Made by a program: the position numbers and the translations under genes
Assembly (NCBI RefSeq): GCF_009914755.1
Contig: NC_060942.1
Reading direction: 5' to 3' (one strand)
From: the human T2T-CHM13v2.0 reference genome, Homo sapiens
Length of the DNA: 64,000 nt
Part shown: in pieces, positions 29,698 through 44,247 of the stretch
Layout of the letters: the number at the start of each line of letters is the position of its first letter
Numbering within the stretch: the first letter of the stretch is position 1
The notes under the pieces: generated by a model
What the model was told of the DNA's origin: nothing
What the model saw: only the letters and a program-made list of their open reading frames with translations
Databases searched by the model: none

Positions 29698-30409
29698 GTG
29701 GAATCTTTAAACATCCTTGGCTTATAAGAACCATAGAGCTTTAAAAATAAGTGAACCTGTTTATCATTGTAAAGAATAATAATTAAGCTTCAGTAGAAAG
29801 TGGCACAGGAAGTATCACAAAAGATGAAAAACAAATTGTTTGAATTCAGATGATTTGAAGATAAAAAGAAACTGGTTGTAGGTAAAGTTTTCTAGTTCCT
29901 AAAATGTTCAATAGTAGAAAAAATATCGTATAAAAGAGTTTAAAGATTAAATTGCCTTAAATTGCCTTTTCTTCCTTTAGAAAATAGACACAACATGGCT
30001 CTTTGTAGCAACAGATCTCTTCTGTAATTGAAATGATAAATAAATAGAGCTGGGCAAAACCGGAGGTGGTTTGGAGTTTGAGCTGAGAGTATTGCATTTA
30101 CACTTTCCAAGTTTCCTTTCTTAACTTGTGACTCTGGGGCTGAAATAATAATCCTTTTTTTTCTTCTTTAAAATAAATCTTTCCCTGCTTCTAACTACCA
30201 GGGGAATATTATGAAAACATTCAGAACTAACATTACAGAACTAACATAGCTAAAAATGGTGCATCAGCATTGTGAAAAGGCCTATAATCCCAGAGAGAGA
30301 AAAACTCCAAACATTATGAGCAGTGCAGGGTTCTTTTACTGTTGATCCTGAGAAACAGTAAGTTTGGGGTTCTTGTTGCTCATTTAGCAAAAATAAACTT
30401 ACAAAAAAC

Positions 30410-30508
30410 AGGAAGGAAAGGAAGGAAGGAAAGGAAGGAAGGAAAGGAAGGAAGGAAAGAAGGAAGGAAGGAAGGAAGGAAGGGAAGGAAAGAAGGAAGG
30501 AAGGGAGG
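30410..30508 (+). repeat. (GGAA/GGAAA)n purine microsatellite
   Basis: About 100 bp of interrupted GGAA repeats; longest pure run is ~5 units. Confidence 0.95.
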
Positions 30509-30650
30509 GACACATACACAGAAAACCCACATAGAAAACACTTCCTTGTGTTACTGTTCACCTCGATATCTCATGACCAAGTAATCTGTCACACTCACAG
30601 GAGGAGAGCTGACATTGGGAAGAACAGAAAGGGGAGGGTGGATAGAATGA

Positions 30651-31068
<418 letters not shown>

Positions 31069-32342
31069 CAGGCACCAATTTTATTCCACTTGCCTGCCCA
31101 GTCAGTGTCGGACTGGGCAGGGAATCACAGTTGAAGTTAAAAAAGCAGATGTCCTTAGAACAATTATGGCAGTTCCCACATACATACACAAAGTTAAATG
31201 AAATGCCACCATGTAATCAAGAGTTAGGGCTCCTTTTGGTTTTTAAACTGTAGATTAAAAAGGCCACTGTGCATATCTCTATCCCAGCGTGTACAACTGT
31301 CTTTGAAGGGGCTTGTGCTGGTGGGAATTCTTTGTCTCACTGTCTCACCACCCGGTTATGAGCTCCTCCAGAGTTTCCTCCAATCCCTAAGACCTTGCAG
31401 AGTGCCTGGCATGTGACAAGTATTCAACAATAATTACAATTGCCAATACTTATCGAGCAACTGACTCTCAAATTTTATGTTAAATAATTTTACATGGATA
31501 ATAAACAGAAGAATTTTAAAAAATTAAGTAACTTGCCCAGGATCACTAGCTATTTGAGGCAGGCCTAGCCCCAGGAGCCAGGCTCTTGACAATCAATAAT
31601 GTATCCCACGTTTGTTGACTGAATATGGGAAAGTCTCTTGATCTCTCCCCATTGTGATAACAAGTTGTGACTATAGATAACTGATATTTTTAATAGAGGA
31701 AGCTAAAATAATCTTTCCTTTCACTATTATCAAAACAAGTTAGGACTTAAGATTCTGAAAAGTTGCCTTAGACCTTGTTCCTGCCCTCTAAGGAAGCTAG
31801 AATCCAGGGCACTTAATTATGGGAGGCACAAATACATAAAGGGCACACTGTCTGAAGAATGGAGGCATTACTGTAATATAATAATGAACCATAAACTAAT
31901 ATTCAGGGAGCCTTACTTTTCAAGTTACACCGAAAACTATAGCAAGAACCGCTAATACACCCACATACATATAGGCGCACATATGTATACATGTATGTAA
32001 ATGTATATGTGTGTGTATACACATTGAGAGAGAAAGAGGAGCATTGTTGATGAGTGTCCTTAGGGAGGAATCCATCTTTTTATTTCTCTGGTTTTAAATC
32101 TGTAATACAGGTTGTTGTGAGAATTAAATAAGATAAAGCATAAAATTGCCTTGAATACATTCTGCACCCTGTTAGTCATTACATAGATCATCACAGCAGG
32201 AGGTAACAATCCTTCTGAGGCTAAATTTAGCATTTCAGGAAGCTGAATTCTCAGAGTAGAGCTTTCATGGACTGTCCGCCTACTTCTAAATCATGCTCAT
32301 GACTAAGCCAAGCACACCAAGCCTCACATTCATGTTTGCCCC

Positions 32343-33060
32343 TGGTGGGATTCAGGACACATTACGCTGAAATATGGCACCTTGACATTTGAGAAAACAG
32401 CAGAGGCAGGAAGTTCTCCCTCATCTTTCCCTGCTTTTCCCCCATAAAGCAGGTCATAAAAATCTAGAAAGTGGCTGGGTATGGTGGCTCATACCTGTAA
32501 CCCCAGCACTTTGGGAGGTCAAGGCAGGCAGATTGCTTGAGCCCAGGAGTTTGAGACCAGCCTAGGCAACATAGCAAAACCCTGTCTCTACAGATTTTTT
32601 TTTAATTAGCTGGGCATGGTGGCACATGCTTGTAGTAGCAACTACTCGGGAGGCTGAGGTAAGAGGATCACCTGAGCCTGAGAGGCAGAGATTGCAGTGA
32701 GCCATGAGCACACCACTGCACTCCAGCCTGGGTGACAGAGAAAGGCCTTGTCTCAGAAAAAAAAAAAAAAAATCTAGAAACGATCTTCTGGCTTCCCTAT
32801 GTAGGTCATAAGACCCTCACATGAAAGGTACTCTCCTTATGCCTGTAAGAAAGGAGCATCCTTATCTCTGAAGACAAAGGGTCACAGAAAAGAATCTGAA
32901 CCATTTCTTTGGATCTTTATGTCTTTATGAAGAGTCCCATTTCATGTAGAACTTATGTTAAATAAAGTTGTATGCTTGTCTCTTGTTAATATTTCTTGTT
33001 ATAGAGACCTCAGATACAAAGCTAAGATGGGTAGAGAAAAAGATATTTTTCCTCCCCTAT
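32343..33060 (+). mobile_element. MER39-like ERV1 LTR, interrupted by AluJ
   Basis: ttcaggacac...aaatatggcaccttgacatttgagaaaacagcagaggcaggaag start; aaagatatttttcctcccct end. Confidence 0.75.
32473..32772 (+). mobile_element. AluJ-type SINE
   Basis: Full dimer with poly(A); TSD aatctagaaa. Confidence 0.92.
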
Positions 33061-35748
33061 GCCTTTTGCCACCAGAAATCCAGTTCATCCATCATTACCC
33101 AAATTATCATTCCCATTTGTCCATACAGCCTCTAATCTCATTCAATTTCCTCCCTGACTCACTCCCATTCCTTTCACTGAGCCTTCTGTAACTGCATTCT
33201 GAGATCAGCATGGTAGTCTCAGCCTCATTTCTGAATAGTTCCTTACCTGTGTGTGCCTTAAAAATATCTATGCCCTCACGGTCACACTCTCCCTTCCAAA
33301 TGGAAGCTGTTTCTTTTTTCCTCTTATACACTACCTACTTCAGGGTCATGTGGTAGATTAGACATACGTGTGACTCCCACTCCTGCTTCTAACCATTTCT
33401 CCTTCATCCCCCTTCAAATGAGGGCCAGTTTATCCACTGGGCATGGAAGACACAGAGCCCAAGGCCCATGATACTTTCAGGAGAGTAGCAAAGTATTTTT
33501 TTTCTTTTAAAATCAGAAGAAAGAAAATATATGATCTAACCTGAATTATATTTATGTTTTACTAATGTGGTTATAAAACACACTTTCTAGTATTTTTTCT
33601 ATAAAGGAAGGGGTTAATATGCTCAGGATCTAGGAGTCATAATGTGTCCCAGCTTCAAACCCTTAGCTCTTTCTTTCTTGGAGAAGTAAGCCAGAAGAAA
33701 ACAAAAACAAAAACAAACAACAACAACAACAACAAAATGGCTCTTTCCAAGCTCCGGCCACCAGAGTCCAATACCTCTACTTCCCTACTCACCCACCTGA
33801 GAAGCAGGATCTGCCCTTATTTATTTAGGAATGGACTCCAGGTCACTATTTTTCTCTCCATCTAGATATAATATCTGGAGTCAGCCAAATTGTATACTGA
33901 AGCATGAATGCAAGAGACCTCTAGATCAGTGTAGTTTCTCCACTGGATCGGAGAAGGTGTATGTATGTGGGTTTGGGTGGGTGCAGGAGTGAGGAGTGCG
34001 AAAAGGGTCATTGCTAGAGCTGCAACATTGAATTTCCTGTTCATTCTGGATTAACTCAGATATTGGGGAGTAATTGAATCTCCAGGTAGAATGCCTTGGC
34101 AGGCCTGAGGAAAGGGATAGGGAAAGCAGAGAGACGCATAGCAAATGAGGTTGAGGACAACACAATCATTTGAGTTTTTCAGCATTTTTTCTCTCCCTCT
34201 CTGTAGCCTTGGTCAATCTCATTTACCTAGCAGGGCTGGATGAAGGAAGAGGAGAGGAAGCAGATCAGTGTGCTCATGGCTCAATACTGCTAAGAATCTC
34301 CTTGCATTCCACCTTTGGCCTAGCAGACCACATGCCTTCTGTCTGACTGTGCCATTCCCTGAAAGAAGCGTGTGAGTTTTCAAAGTATTTCAGCACATCC
34401 TGTAGGGAAAGCAAATGCTCATCAAAATGGATGTAGAAAAAAATCCTGAATCCTTATTTCCCCTGAAGCTTCCTACATTCTTGAAGTGCAAAGTAGAGAG
34501 AAGAGCTCAGTGTTTGCGCAGAGGGTTCTTGATGCTGTAAAAGCCAGCTCAAGAGAGTGGCAGGCAGTACTCATTAGGCAGGCATAGGAGGAAGCCTTTT
34601 CTTCAAAAGGCAGGAGACAAGTTAGCAGCTGATGGGGCAGATATGTTTGTTTAGCTAGCGCTTGGTCCTGGGACTGCTCTTGGTGAAGGATGATTACCTG
34701 GGGTCAGAAAATGACCCTGCCCCAGGCATCTATCTCCCCTTCTAGGTCTCTCTCTCTCTCTCTCTGTGAAAATACCGATTTACATCAGGAAGCAGCCCAG
34801 CTTCATAATGATGTCGACTGCCTCTCTGCAGATGCAATCTCTGATTGACGGGGTGTAGGGAAGGAAGGAGAAAGACAAAAAAAGTTTATGAATTCACTCT
34901 GAGATTCAAATCACATCAATGGCCCTGCCAGCCTTCTTAAGCATAAAATTGGGCATCACAGAGATCAACATTACATGTGTTGATATTTCTCTTTCTCCAC
35001 CTTTACTCTGAATCTCTGTCTAATATCCTAACAACCTACTGGACTTACAAAATCAAGCTTCATCCCCACCTGTCCGTGCCCAACCTTCTTACATAAGGTA
35101 AAACAGGAATGGAGATTCTTGCTTTTTGGTTTTTTTTCCCTAAATCATCACTCTCCTGGGACACTAGGAAAACAGAACTTATTGGCTGACACTTGAAGAA
35201 ATTTCTATCCAAGTTGCTTCTATGGGATGACCCAAGGTTATTTATTTAACTATTTGTCTCAATATTTAAAAGATTAGCATATTAATAAAATAGAAACTTG
35301 CGAATACTATCACCCACATGAAGCAATTAATCAAAAGATAAACAACTTAGCATCAATACATTTGCTTTTGAGTGTCAGTATCTGTCAGGCACTGTTCTGG
35401 AAATTTTGGTAAATATATAAAAACATATGTTATATTCCATGCTGATCAATGTGGGCTGAAAAAGCAAATACATGTGTGAGATAGGAAAAAATAAAAGGCA
35501 GCATACTAAATAAAAAGTACCAGTGGTTTTGTAGTTCTGTTCATCTCTCCTATACAACATGCAAGTCCCAGGTTCAAATGATACATAAAATGGTGGGGGC
35601 CTTTTCCCTTTGATCTAAGATCATTTGTGAGGCTGAAAAAAATAATCAACAGATCAAAGAAAGATTCTAGGTCATGACAGGATTATTCAAATCAGTATTG
35701 GAAAAACCAGCATTTTAGAATGGCATCTCCTATAGAAAAAGGAAATCT

Positions 35749-36165
35749 GTCCAGGTGCAATGACTCACACCTGTAACCCCAGTACTTTGGGAGGCCAAGA
35801 TGGCAGGATCGCTTGAGCAAAGGAGATCGAGACCAGCCTGAGCAACATATGCAGACCCCTGCCTCTACAAAAAAATTGAAAAGTTAGCTGGGCATAGTGG
35901 CACTTTCCTGTAGCCTGTAGTCCTAGCTACTTGGGAGCCTGAGGTGGGAGGATCACTTGAGTCTGGGAGGTCGAGGCTAAATGAGCCATGATTGTGCCAC
36001 TAACTGCACCCCAGCCTGGGTGACAGAGGGAGACCTTATCTCGAAAAAAAGAAAGGAAAGGAAAGGAAAGGAAAGGAAAGGAAAGGAAAGGAAAGGAAAG
36101 GAAAGGAAAGAAGAAAGGAAGGAAGGAAAAAAGGAAAGAAGGAAAAAGAGAAAGAAAGAAAAGGG
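35749..36165 (+). mobile_element. AluJ-type SINE with an expanded (AAAGG)n/GA-rich tail
   Basis: Alu dimer to ~36043, then 11 consecutive AAAGG units (36052-36106) and degenerate purine repeats. Confidence 0.92.
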
Positions 36166-36739
36166 GGAATCCACAGCTTCTGTGCATTGCATGGAAAAAT
36201 ACTTCCAATACAGTAATACTAAAGTTGGCTGGGATTGTAAATACTAAAATGCATTCAACATGTATTTGTACCATACTAAATAACTATGCATCAAGAACCA
36301 TTAAAGACAAAAATAGCATGCTGTATAATTTTGCCTTCAAAATATTTCTTTCTTCATATAGTTTTAAATTATTTTAGTTTAACTTATAAATAGTTAAATC
36401 CACTAAGACATCTTTTATTTTTATCAGAGGGTTATAGTGCAGACAGAAGTCAATCCCTTTGCAGAGGGCCCAAATGATAATATGTTTAATCAATAGATGT
36501 AAAAACTCCAGAATGAAACTATGAGTAGAAAAGAGGAAAAGGGAAAGCAAATAGACTATGCTGAAACTGAAACAAAGGTTGAAGAGGAAATAATTTCACT
36601 GAACCCACAAATTGTCAACTACATCCTAGACTTCTCTTCAGCTCTGTTTGGAGAAACTTGGAATATGGGACCCAAACAACTAAGAAAATTGATCTTTTCC
36701 AAAAACTTTTTATTTATTCATTTTTTAGCTACATTTTGT

Positions 36740-37360
36740 TGTCAACTGGATTTTTTTAAGTGCGCCTGGAACTGTTACCTATTTATTTGTTTATTTATTT
36801 ATTCATTCATTCTTGAGATGGGGTCTTACTATATTGCCCAGACTGCTCTTGAACTCCTGTTCTCCAAGGATTCCCTTGCCTTGTAGCTGAGATTACAGGC
36901 ACACACCACTTTGTGGGGCCAGAAAACTGATTTTATTTAGGCTACTGCAATAGGGAGAACACCTCAGGTCTGAAGACCAGAGTTTCTTGGCAGAATGGTT
37001 TCACCTTAGACTTATATAGGGAGGAATAAACAAGTTATAGATGGGGAGATTTTACAGTTGGAATCATTTTATAATCAGGAAGAGTCTCAGTCAGCATAGA
37101 GGGAAAATATTTATCTCTGTGTCTCGCTGATTTGGGAAAGACAAACAGTTTAATCATTTATGAAACAAATAATGGGAATGTGAAGGGTCTGTGGCTGGTC
37201 TTGTGATCGTTAAAAAGAGGTTCATTAGCAAGTTTTATGTAAGTCATGGGGGAAGGGTTGTTCATGGTGGCCATTTTCCCAGATCACAAAGAGTGAGAGT
37301 CTTCTTAACCATCCCTATTTTCCAGGAATACATGGCTCAGATAAAGTTCAGAATTGTCAT
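36740..37360 (-). mobile_element. MER67-like ERV1 LTR containing an Alu monomer fragment (~36781-36920)
   Basis: ttccaggaatacatggctcagataaagttcagaattgtca matches the reverse complement of the recalled MER67 start; (TTTA)n plus a partial Alu inside. Confidence 0.65.
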
Positions 37361-37899
37361 TCTTAGCTTGGTTGTTAACTAGAACTAAACTGTCTTGCCT
37401 CTTGAGAGTTCACCTGCTATGCAACCTGACTTATTTATGCAGTTGTTCATATATTGATATATCACTCATTGAAGACTTCATGTTGCTACAAAAGATAATT
37501 CTTACAAAAAGATAAAATGACAACTTTCACACAGATATAAAAATGCATACATGTTAACAATTTCATTCTACTCATTAATCAATAAGGGAACTGGAACCAG
37601 TTAGATGTCATAAAAGTCAAAAAGAGAATTCAAAGACTATTCTTGATATCTTTAGTTCAGGAATATTAAAATGATATACAAATTAAGGCAAAACTGGTTT
37701 TTCCAAAGGTAGTGGAAAAACGTCAATTGGAATTGTCTATAGGAATTATTTTGTGTTGTTATTAGTTGTCTACAATTTTACAAAGTGACAAAATAGCTCA
37801 AAGACTACGAAAGACTAGAATCATATAAGCCAAAAGAGTCACTAGGTAATGTGTAGTTCCCCGCTGAAGCATATTTTTATTTACGTTACCTTTAGGGCT

Positions 37900-38480
37900 A
37901 TAACCTAACACAGGTCTGGTTACTGGCTGCTTGCAGAGTCCAATTAACAAGTGTGAGGTCTGGTAGAAAGAAGGTGACTTTAATTCCAGAGCTAGCCAAG
38001 GAGAAGTAGTACAGCCTCCTGCTTTGAGGGTACCACTTCAGCTTCTGGGGCAGAAAGCAGGGGCTTTTAAAGGGGGGCTTGGTGTGAATGGCATGTAGGG
38101 GAGGGATGAGGAGGTGCAAGGTCTACATGACTTGCTTAGGATGCCTTACCTATGGAGTGGTCTGTCTTGCTGTATCATGGGCAGAGCTAGGTTGTAAACT
38201 GAGACAATCTCCTGGTGTGAGAGAGTTCTAGGGGCACCTGGTTTGTCTCAAGACTTGGTCTTTGGAACTTCTAAATAAACACGTACACAAGCTTGACATG
38301 GAGGGAGTGTTGGGTGAAGAGAAGGTAAAGCTTATAATTGCCTTCCTAAAGAGGTAAGTAGGAGGTGGGTAAAAAGGAATAAAGTAAAAAAATAATAATT
38401 CTGAAAAAGCAAAAGAAAAATAAATAAATAAATCAATAAACAATTCTTTTTTCCCTTTTAAAATGGGGTTTTCAGTTACA
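37900..38480 (-). mobile_element. ERV1-class LTR (MER87-like, tentative) next to ERV1-internal-like sequence
   Basis: Ends aaatggggttttcagttaca (TGTAAC on - strand); LTR-like purine-rich composition. Confidence 0.5.
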
Positions 38481-38547
38481 AGCTGAAGTCCAAAATTTTT
38501 AGAGTTATTTCCTAACCACTAGCTTCTCTTAACTTTCCACCCTCTTT

Positions 38548-39021
38548 TGTGGGTTTCCTCCCTCTTTGAATTATGTCCCCTTCCAAATTTTTATGGTGAA
38601 GTCCTAATCACAGTTACCTCATAATGTGACCTTATTTGGAAATAGGATCATTGCAGATGTAATTAGTTAGGATAAGGTCATACTGAAGTTGGGTGGATGC
38701 CTAATCCAATATGGCTGGTTTCCTTATAAAGAGGGAAAATTTGGACCCAAGGACACACAGGGAGAACACCATGTGCAGATGAAGGCAGAGATCGGGATGA
38801 TGCATTTATAAACTTGGGAACACATAAGATTGCCAGCAAACCACGAGAGGCAAAGGGAGGGACATGAAACAGATTCCTCTTCATAGTCTCCAGAAGGAAT
38901 TGACCCTGATAATAGCTTGATCTTAGACTTCCAGCCTCCAGAGTAATGTGGCAATACATGTCTATTGCTATGGTACTCAGTTTATGGTACTTTGTTATGG
39001 CAGTCCTAGCTAACTAATACA
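38548..39021 (+). mobile_element. MLT1C/MLT1B-type MaLR solo LTR
   Basis: aatgtgaccttatttggaaatagg...ttgcagatgtaattagttagg; cttagacttccagcctccag; end ctaataca. Confidence 0.88.
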
Positions 39022-39294
39022 TTCCCTTTTCACTGTGTTGTGTTTCTTTTGAGTCATCCTCTGTTGGTGTATCCAGGCTATTCCTTCTGCCTTGAATGCT
39101 TTTCTTTCTTCCTCCCCATTTATGTTTCTCCCCAGTCATCTAGTTAACTTCTACTCATCTTCAGATCACTGCTTCATCCTTTCTTTATTTGTAAAGCCTT
39201 CCTTGTTGCACCTGCCCCCAACAAATGTAAAGTACCATTCTGATGTGCTCCCACGGAATATTATATCACCTTCTACACTTATCATAACTAATTA

Positions 39295-39962
39295 TAGATG
39301 GCTTTGGTTATTTGTGGTAGTTATGTTCTGAAAAGCAGTTGTGAATACTAAATTAGTGAATACTGAACCATTGCTCCTAGGAGAAATACACAATCAAATT
39401 CCTGCAAGCTCTGGTCACAACATTTTCATTAAACAATGAATATGTGACCTTATTTCATGTATGTTTCTGTTTACATGCACCTTACTTAATATATATTGTT
39501 GACTTATTAACATCAATCTCATGGCCAACAGTAATATAACTCATGCCTGAATGAAGGTTATCAAACACAAGTATTTTCTTTGTAAGGCACATCACAGCCT
39601 TCTTACCCTTAGGAATGCCAGACAGCATTTCAGTAGTACATTTGAAGGTTATTTTAAACAGTGAAATCACCAACACAAAGTACAAAAATGCAAAGAAAAA
39701 AAGTGGCACTACATTGACTGCTGAAAGTACACTTAAAGTGAAAGGACTTAGAGTATGAGGGCTGAAACAAGAAGGTAGAGCATCGCCCTGTTTGACCTCA
39801 GCTAAGAATATGCATGTCGGACTACTCAAACTTTTTGCTGCTCTGCACATATTTGTGAATGACCCTGAAAGCACTCTGAGTATTGGTTTTTGGATTACAG
39901 ATAAACTTTAGCTAGTAGGCAAATTCAGGAATACAGAAACCATGAATAATGAGGATACACTA
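39295..39962. mobile_element. MER82 (TcMar-Tigger) element, copy 1
   Basis: gtagttatgttct...aattagtgaatactgaaccattgctcctagg; terminal gaataatgaggat; TA flanks. Confidence 0.88.
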
Positions 39963-41084
39963 TACTTATTTAGCTTTCTGTCTTCCCTATGAAGCTGTAA
40001 TTCAGAAATAGCAGAGGCTATTTTTACATGTGTCTATTAAATATTTTCTTTCCAGTTCTATGGCTGGCCCTTGGCAGATTTGAACAAATAAATAGTTGTT
40101 GAAAGAGTTAATGAATGCAGGTACAATAATAAATGTGCATGTTATTATGCTGTGGAAAATACAAAGACAAATTAATTTTGTCTCCAGGCTACTTATACAA
40201 GATAACAAATGCACATACATATCCATGCCAATAAATGTAGGATTTTTAAAGATATCTAGTAGTTTTGAAAATTTGTGACTGAAGATCCAGGAGAGCTGAA
40301 TGGAATGAGAATGATTCTTGACATAAGTGGCACTAAGAGGAAAAGAAATATTTTTTTTTAGGGAGACTATAGAACATAAGCAACAGATATGTGGTGAAAT
40401 ACGAGTTGCACAGCTAACTGCAGTGGACTAGAACACAAGCAGAGAGCCAAGGCTGAGAAGTGGTAGAAAACAATACCCCAAAAGGGGGCTAAAGAAAGAA
40501 TGTGGAAGATGAAGAGGTCCCAGCAAGGAGACTTAATTTCTACTCCATCACGTGTGATTAGCCATTGAAGGGTTTTGAACAGGGGAGGGGTCAAACTCAT
40601 TGGGCTATGTAGTAGAATGTAGGCATTATGGAAAGAATGGAATGAACTCTTATCTGAGCTTATTAGAAATCCTATCAGAAAACTGCTTCTTTTATGTTTT
40701 TTTCTTTGCCACATGGAGTTGTTGAAAAGAACTCTGTTTCTTTTAAAGAAGTCTTAAGACCCGCCATATCTTAGAGGTAGCCTTCAAGAAACTCAAAGAG
40801 ATTTGGAAAAGGAATGGAGAAAGAAACAGCAGAGAACAGCCAAAGCAGGTCACAGCTTCCTAGGATGCCCTAATCATTAATTTAACTTGGTGTCTGTTAG
40901 CATCACAGAGGTCCATCTCCTCTATGAAGTCTTCTGGAAAACTGTAGTCAAGTTTCAACTCTATTGTTATCAGCATGACCCCGACAATTTACTTTAGTCT
41001 CTACAGGTTTCAATTTCTGTGTCTCTAAATGAAAAGGAATGTGAAATAGGGATTAGCACTACTCAAGGCAGTTTTAGGCTCACT

Positions 41085-41190
41085 CATTAGAAACAAACTC
41101 TCAGGTGTCCTGAATAAGTTCACACCTACTGAATCAGAATCTTCATTTTAGTCAGATTCCCTAGTGAATCATAAGCACACTGGTCTAGAG
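41085..41190. mobile_element. MER5A-like hAT fragment
   Basis: acctactgaatcagaatct..cattttagtcagattccctagtga. Confidence 0.6.
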
Positions 41191-41219
41191 AGCTCTTCGT
41201 TTCTTTCTAAGAATAAATA

Positions 41220-42173
<954 letters not shown>

Positions 42174-43883
42174 TACCACCATAGGTGAATATAGAGACAC
42201 AATCTGAATATAGATAAGAGAGAGGATATTATTCAGAAATGATATCCTCAAACAAACACTGAGAGACACATAAAAAGTAATAATTTCAAAACAACTAAAA
42301 CTTTGCTCCAATTCTACGTATTATGAGTTCCTGGAAAGCCTCCATTTCCTCTTAATTGCTGTGAAGAGCACTGGTATAGAACACTTTTCTTTCGTCTTTA
42401 GACAGAAAGAGAGACAGAGTTCCACTCCTTCACCTTGGTTTGAGTGGCTTCTCTGAGAAGATGGAAGCCCCAGTGTTTTATTTGTTACGTACATTCTCTT
42501 CATTTGAGTCTTTCTCTGTTCTCTTCCCATATCTGACCTCCAGCCCAACAAGCACTTCTTTCTTCTTGAGAGGAGTGTTAACTTTCAGAATTCTTGAACT
42601 AATCCACAGGTCAAATCCAAGCAGATTCTTCAGAGAACAATTCTTCTTTTTGTCCCTTTTCCTTTTTCTTTTTTTTTTTTCATTCCAGGGTTTAGTCTTT
42701 TAGTGTTTACATAAGCATTTTGTTCTTTTTTATTATTATTAAAGGTAAATTCCTAAGATACAGTAAAGATCTTTCCTGCTTCTTCGGGCCTCTGTCACTG
42801 TTTCCCTGGGCACTTATGGAATCTGCACAGGTGGTAAAGTAACTTAGAATGATGCCAGGGATTGGAGAATTACTTATGCCACTAATTGCTGCCTATAGAC
42901 TCACAAGTCTGAGTGTTGGTCAGTAACCTTTCAATGATTGCATTTTCATGCACAAGTACAACTGCACACAGATCCAGGCAATAAGAAGTACCATACAAAT
43001 AGTAGCAGCACCTCTGTCCTGTGAAGCTTGTAAAAGCGTAAGAGTCAACACAGACCAGAACTACAGATCAAACATAATGCAGGCTGAAGATACACTCATT
43101 GCAATGGGTTTCCTGATAACTGTTGAGTTCTTAGAAATGTTTATAAAGTCATTGTCATCCCATAATATTTACAGGAAAAATTAAATAAAATTATTTATAA
43201 CCTATGATCTGATAGGATAGGTTGCATGAAGACATAGAAAACATACACAGAGGGATAACAGAAGCACTACACACAGAAGGGGAAGCTATTTTCTCCCTAG
43301 TGAGATTGAAGAGGCCAATGTCTAGTATACTGCTGCTGTAGTTGGCGGCATATTTTAAGCACTTAGTAAATATTTGTTGAATAAATAAATGACCTGCAAG
43401 ATGCTGAGTGAACCCAAATATACTCTCTGCATGGAGCTAATCTGCAATGAGTCAAGATGCTTGCCTAAGAATATCATCTATAAAGAGGCAGAGGGACCAA
43501 TGGCAGTGCTTGATGACACCAAGGAATCTAAAAAAATACTGGAAGTAATCATTCATTTTCTATTATAAAAAGTTCAGGATTAGTCTGAAACATTCCCTCA
43601 TAGTTTGATAAAAATGTCATGCCTTCTGAAGTCATATATAACTGTTTTGCCACTATGATTAGCTATTATTCATATACAAATCATCCAACCCACCTGACAA
43701 TTACTTTCTGTAAAATAGGGTAATAACATTTACTTCACGAATTTGTTGAAATAATAACATAATACATGGAAAATCACCTAACATGAAAGATAGTTGTTTT
43801 TCAAGTACTATTTTATTTCCTACTTTCCTTATTTTCAACATGTGTTCTACACCAGGAACTAAAGTAGACAATACGGTAAGTGG

Positions 43884-44247
43884 TGTATTAGTCTGCTCAG
43901 GCTGCTATAACAAATTACCATAGTAAGGGGGCGGGGGCTTAAACTACAAACATTTATTTCTCACATTTCTAGCAGCTAGCTGTCTGAGATCAGGGTGCCA
44001 GCATGGTTGGGTTCAGGTGAAGGCCTTCTTCGGGGTTGCAGACTGCTGACTTCTCATTGTATCCTCACAAGGCAAGAATGCAAGAGAGCTCTCTGGCCAG
44101 CTTTCATAAGGATACTAAACCAGTTCATGATGGCTCCACCCTCAAGATCTAATTACCTCCTAAAGGCCCTGTCTCCAAATATCTTAGTATCAGGGATTTA
44201 ATTTTAACATGTAAATTTTGGAGAGCACAAACATTCAATCCATAAAA
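43884..44247 (-). mobile_element. MLT1A-type MaLR solo LTR within an antisense L2 fragment
   Basis: tgtattagtctgctcaggctgctataacaaattacca...cacaaacattcaatccata. Confidence 0.85.
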
